Below are positions 27,787-42,296 of a stretch of DNA of 64,000 nucleotides, one piece after another. The DNA is from Tubulanus polymorphus (Eukaryota > Animalia > Nemertea). How positions within the stretch are numbered: position 1 is the first letter of the stretch; each line of letters starts with the position of its first letter. The stretch covers positions 16,851,807 to 16,915,806 of the forward strand of contig NC_134031.1 of assembly GCF_964204645.1 (NCBI RefSeq), written 5' to 3'. The notes under the pieces were generated by a model, which was given only the letters and a program-made list of their open reading frames with translations, had not been told where the DNA came from and did no database searches. The position numbers and the translations under genes are program-made.

Positions 27787-28294
27787 AATATTGAGGATGT
27801 AGTGATTTGAAGTTACAAACCGCTCAATTTTTCCCCATAGCCGAGTTTTGGAACTTGATTGTGTATAGGACTAGACAATTGAGGAAACTTATTTTTAATT
27901 TCTGTAAATGTCGAATGGTCATGCGTGAGACTAGCCAAAACTGAAGAAATGTATTCATATAATCAACCATCTATATTTATAGTATTACTGGTTAGTACTA
28001 TCGGTGTTGGAAGCTCGGGTATATTTATACTTCATAGATAGAAATGATCATGTGATTTCATGCACACGTGAAGATATATCGTGTATGTATGTATGTATGT
28101 GATAAGTGCCTTCACTAATGTGCGATAGCAATGCTGCTGATTTTTGTGTTTAGGTGAATACCGTGTCTGCCATTGATAAAATATGTATGCGCAATTTATG
28201 CTAGAAACTGGCTTAATTGCAAAGTTAATTCGTCTGCATGTATTCATTCATCACCGCCGTATATGGTACGCATTACTCAAAAATTTTTGTTGCC

Positions 28295-28360
28295 ACGTCG
28301 TCTTAATTCAATTACGTCATGATCGAAACGTCGTCTTAATTCAATTACGTCATGATCGAA
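28295..28360. repeat. Perfect 33-bp tandem duplication in CTL 3' UTR
   Basis: ACGTCGTCTTAATTCAATTACGTCATGATCGAA x2. Confidence 0.95.
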
Positions 28361-29910
28361 TGTGTAAAAATTAGGGACTATTTCATTGTGCGAGACGCTT
28401 CAGGGGAATGAATTCGAGATTTCAATCTTCAATTTTTGCAGAATATCCACGCCCAGTCGTGCGTGCGCGGTCAACGCTTTAGCTTTAACACCAGTCTAAA
28501 CGCATTTTGATTTGTTTCGTTGTCAATTGATACCAGATTGTTAGATAAATATTCATGATCGTGGAAACTGTGGAACCAGGATTTTGATCGTAAATCTGCA
28601 GATGTGAGAGAATCATATTCGATATCGATTCCCCGGATCTATGAAGTTCATTTATAGCCTCTGTTCGGAAAGTTATGAATATAACAATATCAGTAATTAT
28701 GTTTGTAACTGCTTGTAAATAAAAACCAGGAATCTGTGTTATTTTGCATGCACTTAAGTATTATTTATATTTATACTATTGACCTAATAGTGTCTGAGGA
28801 GATTCATACTACGATAGATATATATATATATATATTTATAATGAACTTGTATTAGCAGGTTTGTATTTAACGCTATGTCCACTACCGTCCACTTACACTA
28901 TCTCCGCATACGGTAAAACCCGATCGAATCTATTCATTCTGGGAAGTTTGATTGAAAGTGATGTCTGAATAAGATAAAAATCAAAATCGCACAGATGCGG
29001 ATTTGAACTGGGTTTTACTGTCTATTATTTCATTCCGATATTGATTATCTTCGCGTCACAATCACGTCTTGTGTTTGCGCACAATCACGTATTTTGGCAG
29101 CCTTTATACTTAATAGCTGACGTTTTTGATTTATCGTCTATATTTTCTATCATTCATATAAAAATGGTATCGATGTATAAATTTCTCTTTCAGTATTTGA
29201 TGAATTCAGTTGATTCGTCTATCATGAGCATATTGTCCTGTATTATAATCAAAGTAGGGTAATCAGGTTCCAATTAACAAGAGAATACATGTATATAATA
29301 ATCAATGAACGTATTCATTGTGTACCGTATTATCGGTAGGCCTACTGCAGAGCTAGGTTTTATAGACCAGCGGAACATATCAAAGTTATTACCATAATTT
29401 CTCGTTGTCACCTTTGATCTTAAGGTTTATGAAATACCCTGTCCATAAAACGGACTCCATGATTTGCATGACAATTATAATAATATATATTTATATATGA
29501 TATATATATTTAAAAGGTAAGATGCACCATAGTTTAAATGAGATGTCGAGTTAATATGTATTCCGACTTATTATTGTTGATAAAGTGTTGATATGATCGC
29601 TGTGAATCGAACTGTGATGTTTCTTTATTAAACTATGGATGTTTAAAGTCTACTTTATATGTCCACGGTTGAGCTGAATATTATTATTAATCCTTCGATG
29701 ACCGTCGCGTATTTACCGAATGAGAATGAATCAACTAATACACTGTATTTTGTCTGTTTGCCGTTGAAATAGCAATAAATGTTGACAATTCGAACAATTT
29801 CTTCCGACGTTTGTATCAGATTGGATTTGTGGCGTATTGGAAACTCTTCTAGTCGTTAAACCACTACTCGTGATTTAAGAGAGCCTATAGAATTCCGTTT
29901 ACCCTCGAAC

Positions 29911-30204
29911 TTATAGTAATTCTAAATCATCCATCATCTTTTGCCGATCGCTAAACGTAGTTTTGTTTCGAGTTTCTTCATTCGTGTTTTCTGTCGTCGT
30001 CTCTTCGCTGAAGGTTTTGTCACCCGCATCTGGCTGATTGTTTCTCTGCGCAGTTTTGGCCCTCCTAGCGGCGTAGTATTCCGCCTGACCAGGACGCAGT
30101 TTACATGCCGGAGTTTCGGGCCGGCCACTCGACGGAGGAACCCGAAATTCTCGGTCAACGAATTCCTGCTGCTTGCCTGCAGCTAGCCTTTGATTATTCG
30201 ACAT
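29911..30204 (-). CDS. Orphan 97-aa charged ORF (MSNNQRLAAG...) with an upstream intron
   Basis: Open frame. Upstream canonical intron 30423-30209 (CAG|gtaagt ... pyrimidine tract ttaag|aatcATG). No family recognised. Confidence 0.35.
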   Translation of the reverse strand: MSNNQRLAAGKQQEFVDREFRVPPSSGRPETPACKLRPGQAEYYAARRAKTAQRNNQPDAGDKTFSEETTTENTNEETRNKTTFSDRQKMMDDLELL

Positions 30205-31211
30205 GATTCTTAAATTGAGACAAAAGCAAAAATTGAGACAAATGCAATGGATTATGGAGAAAACAGAAATATTAGCAGATAAAACCAATCTTAGTTCAGA
30301 ATTCTTCGATAAAATGTCAAAATTGTATCAGAAATGTATAGAGAAGTGTTTTAGTTCGTGCCCAGAAGTGTTATAGATAGTGATAGATGTAAATTCTTAG
30401 AAAACCTGTGCAATGAAACTTACCTGCGCGTTCTGTGTCAAGTCTATATCGATGCTGGACGTCGATCAGAAGTTAATCAGGAACTCCGTTTATTATTACT
30501 AGAGTATTTGCTCGCGTGCTGTTTCATCGTTGATAAGATGTTTGATGTCGTTTGACCTCTGCAACAGCGTCTAGAGCCGAGTCGATCCGGATATGAAATC
30601 TCTCATGTCCAATATCTGATCGAACAAAGCAACCGTGTCGAATGGATACACGTCGGTCGTTGAGTCCGTGTTTTCGAGAAGTTAAATGACTTTCTCATTA
30701 CCTAGGCAGCACCGGTGATTTCGTGATTTACTATTATATTTGCCGTGTGTGACGACGAATTAATGCGATTATACGCAGCGAGCGCGTTCTGTTTAAGGAC
30801 CGACCTGCAACTTATTTGTAATTGGATAGAGCTCTACGCCAGATCAATAGAATCAGTCTGGTTCGATTACATTATCTCACAGAAACAGCTTCATGCTATT
30901 TGAAAAGGATCAAAATAAAAAAGCAAAAACTAATATTTTCACATATTGATTCATTTGGATTAACTTTCGGTCGATCATCTGGTCATGGGTGACCAACTAG
31001 ATAGCTGTTGCTTCAGTGGCCGAGTTAGAGATGAGTTGTGCCTAGACACTGCGAATCGTGTCACCTAGCTTTCTACAGAAGAAATTCCGGGGTAGGCGTG
31101 TCGATATGTAACAAGTCGGTCTGTCACCGTCATTGGAAGGTTCGAATCTTATCCCCTTGCTTGAGTGATGCCCCGAGTCGGTTTACCTATCGACATTTTT
31201 CAACTCTCAGA

Positions 31212-31494
31212 ATCTACGGAACGCCGAAGATGAACTTGAACTTAACCGGCCTTATTGGAGTCCATATAATACAAATGTTACCGCTGAGAGGACATGACAT
31301 GCAATGAAATATCTACGGAAAGCCGAAGATGAACTTGAACTTAACCGGCCTTATTGCTCCGTATAATACAAATGTTACCGCAGAGCACATGACATGCAAT
31401 CTACATATCAACATTGAACTTAACCGGCCTTATTGCTCTCCATATAATACAAATGTTACCGCTGAGAGGACATGACATGCAACAAAATATCTAC
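31212..31494. repeat. Three-copy tandem repeat (~85-100 bp unit)
   Basis: Core TTGAACTTAACCGGCCTTATTG..TATAATACAAATGTTACCGC.GAG..ACATGACATGCAA present three times. Confidence 0.9.
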
Positions 31495-32386
31495 ATTGAT
31501 ACAAAACAGTACAAAAGACAATACAATGACGAGCATACAATTTGAATCACCGAGGAACACCAAGAAAAACAATAATGCCGTCCGCAAAGGAAGCCGCGGG
31601 TCCGTTCGCGAACTCGGTCCCCGGGGACTCTTAGTAGAGAATCGTTTAGTGGTAAGCTTTTATAATCTGATGGGTTTGTGAAAATATTCGACCGTTAAAC
31701 TAAACCACAGGCTACTAGTAGCTGCTCAGTCGGGCCCAACCCCTCGAGAGCGGCCCGCCTCCGCTCGCTCCGGGCCGGCCGCGGCATTGTTTTTTGCCGT
31801 CACGGTCTTTTAGTCAAAAATTTCTTGTACCCTTGGGGGCTACTATTAAGTAGGCCTAAACTTCATTCCTCTCATTACTTTTCTATTTCTATTTCAGTTT
31901 TGCACCCTGAGAAATTCTAACTTCTTTTGTCAATAACTAGGCTTAGGCCGCTGACCAACATTTGGTAATTGTTGGCAAAATCCTAACCCGTGTTTTACCT
32001 CTATAGTTTCTCGTTCGCGCGATTGTTTGTAACTGTGGAGAATTCAATTCAATTATTTTATTTGCAAGTTAAGAACAAGAATAGATAGAATAGAATAGAA
32101 TAGAATAGATTGGATTTTATTATAGATTTGATGTTGTGATTCATTTTAAAAATGAAGGAGGAGGGGACAAAAAGGCAAAAACTAAGTGTGGTTAATCATA
32201 TTCAATTCAATTCAAATATTTATTCAGTATAAACAATTGCACTGTTTGTGACTGACATTTATACATACATACATGTTACAGAGAGAAATAAAAAAAATAA
32301 TAGAAATCATTAACATCTTATGTGAGCTTTTTTTGTGTAATACCAAAATTAACAACGTACGGTAAAGTAAACGTCGAGAAGAAATA

Positions 32387-35300
32387 ATGTCAGTCTCGAC
32401 TGCTGGAAAGAAGTTGGCAGAAGTCGATGGAGAAAGATCTACTAATGTTAGACCAACCCTTTCTTCAAAAAATGTTTTTCAACAACAATCAGGACAAGCA
32501 CCAGATCATGACAATGAAAAAGTTATAGACACGAAGGATTCCCTCACTTCAGAAAGGGCCCAGGTGAGAGAGAGGGGATAAAATCCGTAAAAATCTCCTC
32601 TGCCTCTGGGTTTTCTTGCTGCAGGGCCCCTGCCCTGCTGCTAGAGTTACCTCTTTTGTCTTAAATTATATAAACTATGGATCCAGTTTCATGAATTTCA
32701 GTTATATTTCGATATAGACTTAAAATCGTTTCATTTCCAATGTTATAACAATTTAGAGTTTTGAATGAGAATTGCTGTTGCTGTGAAATCCACTCTGAAA
32801 TGGATATTCACTCATTCATGGTTTTAATCAATATTGCAGGGAGATGGAGCCGCTGACAGAAATGACTTAACCATCACTAATAATCTGGATCACAACCACC
32901 AGAATAGCCGAACAATGACGAGAACCCACCACTGGCCGAAACCATTTACAGTGAATACTGAAATCGACTGGTTGCAATGCGCCTTATTTGTATTTGCTCT
33001 TATAACAAGAACGTGGAGATTAGATTGGCCCAAAGCTGTCGTGTAGGTGTTATTCATTACCTTGATTATAGGCACATAGATATCAGGACCTGATTTTGAA
33101 TGATAAATCTGCATACCTAAAGTTAATTAACAGAAACTCTCAAGTTATAGATTGAAGAACTACGAAACCAGGGCCTTGGTACCTTTTGGTAATTTGAGCT
33201 GTCATTTTATTTTTTATATTTTACAAATAGATTTGATGAACTTCACTACGTACGCTACATCGCGTTATATATGAATGAGACATTCTTCGTTGATATCCAT
33301 CCTCCTTTTGGGAAAATGATCCTTAGCATTGCAGGTAAAATTCATCTCAAATACCGGTAATTGATCCGTTACATTACATATTGGATCAAGACCTTTCATA
33401 TTTCTCCTTATTTCAGGATATATGACTGGATTTGATGGTTATACTCCCTTTGATGGAGTTGGAGCTGGTAGGATGCTTATCATATAAACAGCGTTACTAT
33501 GAAAATATGCAATTATGAAATTAAATCAAAGTCAAGTTTTGGACTATTTTTCCAATGAAAATCTCTCTTCTGTTTGATTTTGATTTTCATTCTATTTCTC
33601 AGATTATCCGGACAGTATTCCAGTCTGGCAGATGAGATTCATACCTGCGTTGTTTGGTAGTCTACTGATTCCGGTTGTTTATCAGATTATGGTTGAATTT
33701 GGAACCTCCAGATGGACAGCAGGTTTAGCCGGGCTTCTTGTTCTTTGCGGTATGCTTAAGCTCACTTCAATACTCAGGTTCCAACGGTAATTCTCAATAG
33801 TTGCTTCATCGGATTTTTTTGATTTTCAGAAAATTCCTTCCTCACCGAGTCGCGATTCATTTTGATCGAAGGCATCCTCGTATTTTTTTGCGCCTTTACG
33901 ATTATGATGATGCTGAGATTTCTCAATAATTCTAACCGGCCGTTTTCGACCCCCTGGTGGATGTGTCTGACACTACTCGGAATTTCATCGGCGATGACTT
34001 TTTCGTGAGTTTACTTAGCATCCTTATGACTCTAACAAGATGAAAAACGAGCTGTTTTGAAAAATCAGTATGATTGAATTCCAGGATTAAATATATCGGT
34101 GCTATGACTATTGGATTGTGTTATACATTCATTCTACGTGACCAGTGGAAGCTGTTAGCCGATAAGACAATATCCGATGTAAGTATTAAGGATTTATTCC
34201 AGCTGCGTTACAAGTAGAAGCTGTGAGGATGAAAAAAGATGGCTTTCATTTCAGATCACTCTAGTGAAGCACGTTACGGCGCGTGTTCTAACTCTAGTCA
34301 TTCTACCAACAGTCGTGTATCTAGTTATATTTTTTGCGCATTTATCTATTCTGAAAAAAGCTGGACCGACGGATAAAATCATGACGAGTGCATTTCAGGC
34401 CAGTTTAGAGGTAAGATAAGTTAGGAATTTCTGCAAAATTTGAAACTGAACTAAGTTGGTTAGAAAATCCGAACAATCGTCGTGTTCTAATTCTTTATTT
34501 GATTTAACAAGTTTTGTATTTCAAGGGTGGTCTGGCTTCGATAACAAAAGGACAGCCATTGTACGTGGCGTACGGCTCTCAGATAACGTTGCGTCACACG
34601 TTTAAAACACCGTGCTGGTTACATTCCCACAACCATCTATATCCAATACGTTACCCCGATGGACGAGGTAGCAGTCATCAGCAACAAGTTACGTGTTATT
34701 CGTTCAAAGACGTGTTCAACTGGTGGATTGTCAAACAACCGGAAAGGTACAGTAGATTCGTACTGCTTTTTCTTGAACTAGCAAATAAAAGGATTTGTAC
34801 GGCACGTAACAATAATTCGGGAAGTAGATAAAGACGTAATGAAATTTCTCTGTTTCTTGAAATGCTTCTCTTTACTGTGACATCTTCTGTTGCGACAAGT
34901 TCTGTTGCTCCCAATTTGACTGATTGCAGAAAGGTCGAGTGTAGTTAATGTTGATAAAATGTAAAATCCTTCAATTGTAAATGGACTAAGGAGTAAATTG
35001 AAATATAGAAATAGTTTTATACCTCTGTCTTAAGTCTGATAAGTCTTACTTTATCATGGATATTATCATTCAGTTAATATGGATGTTGTGTACATTTTTT
35101 TTCTGATAAAAGGAGTAACATTAGCGTTGATGAACCTCCACTGCCCGTGAAACACGGCGATGTTGTTCAATTGGTTCATGGTATGACTAGTCGTGTGTTG
35201 AACAGTCACGATGTCGCCGCTCCTCTGTCACCTCGACACCAGGAGGTCACGTGCTATATCGATCACAACATATCCGCTCCATCGTATAATCTATGGACTG

Positions 35301-37288
35301 TGGTAAGTACTGAAATCGCCTCTGCTATGACCACTAATTTCTGATACAGGGTGGACCTAGACTTACCTAGAAATCAGGGAAAAGTCAGGGAATTTTCATT
35401 TCTTTAAATAAGTCCAGGAATAGTTGGGGAATTTTCTTTTCTCAGAATAAGTCGGGGAATAATCAGGGAATTTTGTAAAAGAAAGTTGAAAGTCAGGGAA
35501 ATTTATTTAGATTGCTAAATCTTGTATAAAATCAAACAGTTTCCATTTATGTTTTATGTATTTGACTGTGTTAATTGATTGTACTCTCAGCAGATCAAGT
35601 TAGGCAAAACCAGTTTTCATTTGATTTTGGAAATGTTTCCAGGAAATCGTTAATCGAGATGTTGAAGGAGATGAGTGGAAAACGATACAGTCGCAAATTC
35701 GTTTGATACACGTCGAAACGAAGCAGGCGTTGAAATTGACGGGAAAACAGCTGCCTGCGTGGGGGTACCATCAGTTCGAAGTGGCTACAGATCACATCGT
35801 TCAACAAGACATGACCGTTTGGAACGTGGAAGAACATCGTTATACGAGGGCGCCCGATCAGAAACAAAGAGAAAAAGAGTTGGCGGAGTCGGAGATGATA
35901 CCGCTCGAACCGGCTAAACTCAGCTTCTTCCAGAAATTCTGGGAACTGCAGGCAAGTTTTCGGCAACAAATAACGAAAAATTCATCGTCGTTGAAGTGTA
36001 CGTACTCATAAATTTGTATTATAATGTGACTGCAGATAAAAATGTTAACGTCCAAGATTGATCAACAAATGGAACACAAATACAGCTCTGATCCCACTCA
36101 ATGGCCCACAATGGATCGTAATATTGCCTATTGGATCAGTCCAAATAGTAACGTAAGTGCAAGCTTCTGCTAACTAGATTCTTTTACACGAAACCAGGTA
36201 TATTTTTTGTAAAGATTGTGAAAATTCACTTCTCTTTTGTAGGCCCAGATACATTTACTGGGAAATATAGTAATATGGTATACGTTTCTAGAATTCTTTG
36301 TGTTTTACGCGATCATCTTCATTTCACTAACTCTAGCTCGAAGAAGGTCGATAAATGTTGTAACTGAAGGTAAAATCTCAAACTCCATTCAGTCGATTCT
36401 GTTCCGGAAATTTATTGATTGGAATGTCTTTTTCTGTTGTACAGAGGTCTGGCAGAGGTGGTTGTTTATGGGTGAACTGTTACTCGGAGGATACGTGCTG
36501 CATTATGTTCCATTCCTAATCGTTGAAAGTACTTACTTCCTCTACCATTATTTACCGGCTGTGCTGTATAAGATATTATTCCTAGCTGTAGCTGCTGAAC
36601 AGGCTTATTTATCGTTGTGGTAAGTTTGGTTTTTGGACTTTAGATTTCCTCGATTCGCAACTCGGTAATTACAGTCCTTATGTGAAGTCCTCAATTGTTC
36701 TGAAACTTAAACTGATATCACCGGGTATATGCATATTCTCTTATAGTTGACAGTCTGGAGGGAACTTGTCTGAATGTCACTTCCATTTCACAAAGGCCTC
36801 AAATTCACTGCTCAAGGCTTTGAAAAATACTTTTTCAATTTGTTGCTTTTAATGCCTGTAATGAACCCCAGGGGTAGATCCAGGGATTGTGAGACTTGTA
36901 TAAGTCCATCAATTTTCTTGAATGCCCTATTTCATTTTGTCAACAAAGATAGTTGGTGCATTTCAGTGCAGGAGTATACTTCATATCACCTTTTTGGACA
37001 TCAACCTTTTGGAATGTGACAAATGACAAATCCTTCAAAACTGGCCTCTGGATCCGCCCATGATATTTACCTGGGTCTCGGCTATTACAGCACATCAATT
37101 TGTACATTTATTTCAGGTGTAATTGGTGTCGTCAGTTATATATTGGTCTAGTTTTAGCTTGGTTGTCAGCTGTATTGTATAGTTTTACTCAGTTCGCCGC
37201 ATTTAGTTATGGTTTACAAGATTTCGACGCCGCTGAACTTAAGTCGATGCTTTGGAAAAGTACGTGGGATTTCATCATCCATCGATGA
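32387..37288 (+). CDS. POMT1: Protein O-mannosyltransferase 1, multi-exon
   Basis: Exons 32387-32563, 32840-33042, 33231-33334, 33417-33467, 33603-33749, 33830-34004, 34085-34178, 34255-34410, 34526-34746, 35113-35302, 35643-35951, 36036-36152, 36243-36369, 36445-36619, 37117-37288. Catalytic-loop [33 protein letters not shown]-domain WLHSH and [17 protein letters not shown] (POMT1-type), FLYHYLPA, C-terminal WKSTWDF. Confidence 0.95.
36869..37062. mobile_element. CAGGGG-ended TIR element in last POMT1 intron
   Basis: CAGGGGTAGATCCAGG ... CTGGATCCGCCCATG. Confidence 0.6.
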
Positions 37289-37643
37289 ACGAATGCCGAT
37301 TTTATATTTTTACATTTGGAGCGCACAGAAACTGAAAATACTCATAGATTAATCGTCATTAAATGCTCAGATTTCTTGAGATTTCAATGTTATCAACTGA
37401 TGGTTATCTGCCACTGTTCGGCCCAATGTCTTCAATCCAACAACTAATGATCATTTGAATTGGAAATGAACTAAATTTTTGTGATTAGATTCAAAATTTA
37501 TGCGAACAATTTGAGGTTTGCGGATAATTGCGGGTACGCTGTTGCTACAATACTATTTTAGCGGGTGCTGTCTTAAGTGATGCTCACTCTAATATTTAAT
37601 GTCTCAATGCCTTTTAGGGTTATCTTATGTTTAATTAGAATTG

Positions 37644-37849
37644 AATAAATGTATAATTGGTAAATTTTAACGGTTGTTTCAAGTTATTCAGTTTCTATTC
37701 ACATTCATAGATAGATTGAGCGGATCCACTTTTCTCAGTCAGTGGATGAGATTAAGCAAAGTTCCAGGTTCCACTGCCTGGTCCTTACTTCAAACTACAG
37801 ACGAGAGCAAAAAAATAACACAAAAGTGTGAATGATTTTTCATTTTATT
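37644..37849. terminator. Convergent polyadenylation signals of POMT1 (+, AATAAA 37644) and WDR5 (-, AATAAA 37844-49)
   Basis: Hexamers on opposite strands ~200 bp apart between the two stop codons. Confidence 0.6.
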
Positions 37850-38420
37850 TACGAAGAAAAAATATTCAATTCCCTTCCTTACAAAAATTTGTAATATACA
37901 TTCGTAGGTCGCTTTCTACACGTAGCGTGCAAATCGTAACAAATATCGTGTGCTTATTTACAGAACTTATTTACAGACGGTTCCAAAAATTGGTTTAAAG
38001 TAGAATAACTGATTACGCCGGAGTCTAATTGGAGAAAACTGTGACTACTTTCACAACTAACATACCAGTAGATCTCAGTCGACTCTTTTAATGAAAAACT
38101 TTCATTTGCAAAACATTTGATGTCTTAAAATGAGATACTAAACGCAACTTATTTCAAATACAAACATCTTCGTCGAAGATTACAACATGATCAAACATCC
38201 GATTGATCGAGTAATTTTGGTATAGACCGACAATTGCCATTACGGTTAACTTGACATCATAGACGCTGAGGGGTATGATTGAAAATTAATATATCCGAGT
38301 CTCGCATACCGGGGCAGTTAATGTACTGAAACACAATTCAGATAAATGCCTATCTCCGCATGGAAGTTTTTTTCGCGATCGCGATTATTTCGATATATAC
38401 GTGCGAAAATCGTTACACGT

Positions 38421-41047
<2,627 letters not shown>

Positions 41048-41449
41048 GTTTGCTCTTCTGTGACTGAGATTGTGAAGTGACAGTACACCTATCTATCTAC
41101 TACACAGATTATCACTTTTAAATCTACAGTTATTATTTAAAAGTTATGTCAACAGTTATTTCACGTTTCTACAAAAAATAAATGAAAGGGATAAGTGGGG
41201 CTGAACAAATCAGAATATCAGTACGAATAGTATACGAATTCAAGGGTCCCATAGGAATACAACGATGACTTTTTTTAGGAAGAAACCACGAATCTTAGCG
41301 ATTTAATTGCAGACTATTTTCTCATGAAGTCGAACAGATTTCTGATTCAGAAAGGCTTTTAAGGACGATTCATTGAATTACAATCATTTCCGATTCATAG
41401 GATACAATCTTCAGCAATAGGAATTAATGATTTGATTGCTGAACTTGCC

Positions 41450-42296
41450 TGCAATCGCGAGATATATTCCTTAATCGGAGCTCAACAAATAAATTTTGTA
41501 CTAAAAAGCTCAACCGGAAAGTGCCAGATTTAAGAGCTTGTACGCATGCGCTAGACTCAATAATTTATGTTCTCGCGGTTTCTCGCGATTGTAAGCTCGA
41601 TCCGAGATTAAGTGTTCAGTACACTAGACCTAAGTTGTGTTAGTGTCTCGATCTAAATTGAATATCGAACTAAATATGCGTCTATGATTTAATTCTTTCA
41701 TATGGCGTGTGCTCTAAAAGTGAAAGGTGGTTTGGATTCGAACCCCGGTGGTGTATGGAGCCGGCGATCTCAGTTCTCTTTCAAAAATCGCGGGAAATCG
41801 CCCTACCATATAAAAATAGCATTTTCAAAATCAATTGATTATCTCAATATAGGGATATTAAAATCGTGAGCTATTATGGCATTTATTTACATGTATATCT
41901 CGAAAAATGTAATGCCAAAATCTCGTTCACGTGGTTTCTATTGACCAATCAGAACTCATTATCGCGACGCTGAGTCACAGGTTGTTGGCGTAATTTTCTG
42001 TCGCGTCTCAACAAATGCCGCTATTTCGCATCTTTAGCCGGCAAAAATTTCCCCTTATCGCGCATAAGCCGAAAGGATAGGACATTATCTTACGTACCCC
42101 GACCCTAAATAGTAAAACTAGAGGGTAATTTGGGCCCAATTCCTAAAACTCGGGGTACTACGAAACCATGTGACCTGAATCGACCAATGAGAGATCGTCG
42201 TTTTCAAAAGCGAGTATAAAAGCTCAATCGACAAGCTCGCGGAAGCCATTACAGGGTATCAGGGCCGGTAATGTTCCGGCCGAATCCTGCATCAAA
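41450..42296. promoter_or_regulatory. Divergent (bidirectional) promoter region between WDR5 and the BET gene
   Basis: Start codons 1.25 kb apart, head-to-head. NRF1-like ACGCATGCGC 41542, TCTCGCG motifs near 41571-41590, CACGTG 41928, CCAAT 41945 and 42184, TGAGTCA 41971, TATAAAA 42215. Confidence 0.7.

Noticed and set aside
27980-27988. TAGTATTAC nonamer in CTL 3' UTR
   Set aside because: No proper flanking stem or Rep ORF; expected by chance in AT-rich DNA.
31212-31494. CRISPR-like appearance of the repeat array
   Set aside because: Long contiguous units without unique spacers, eukaryotic context, no cas genes.
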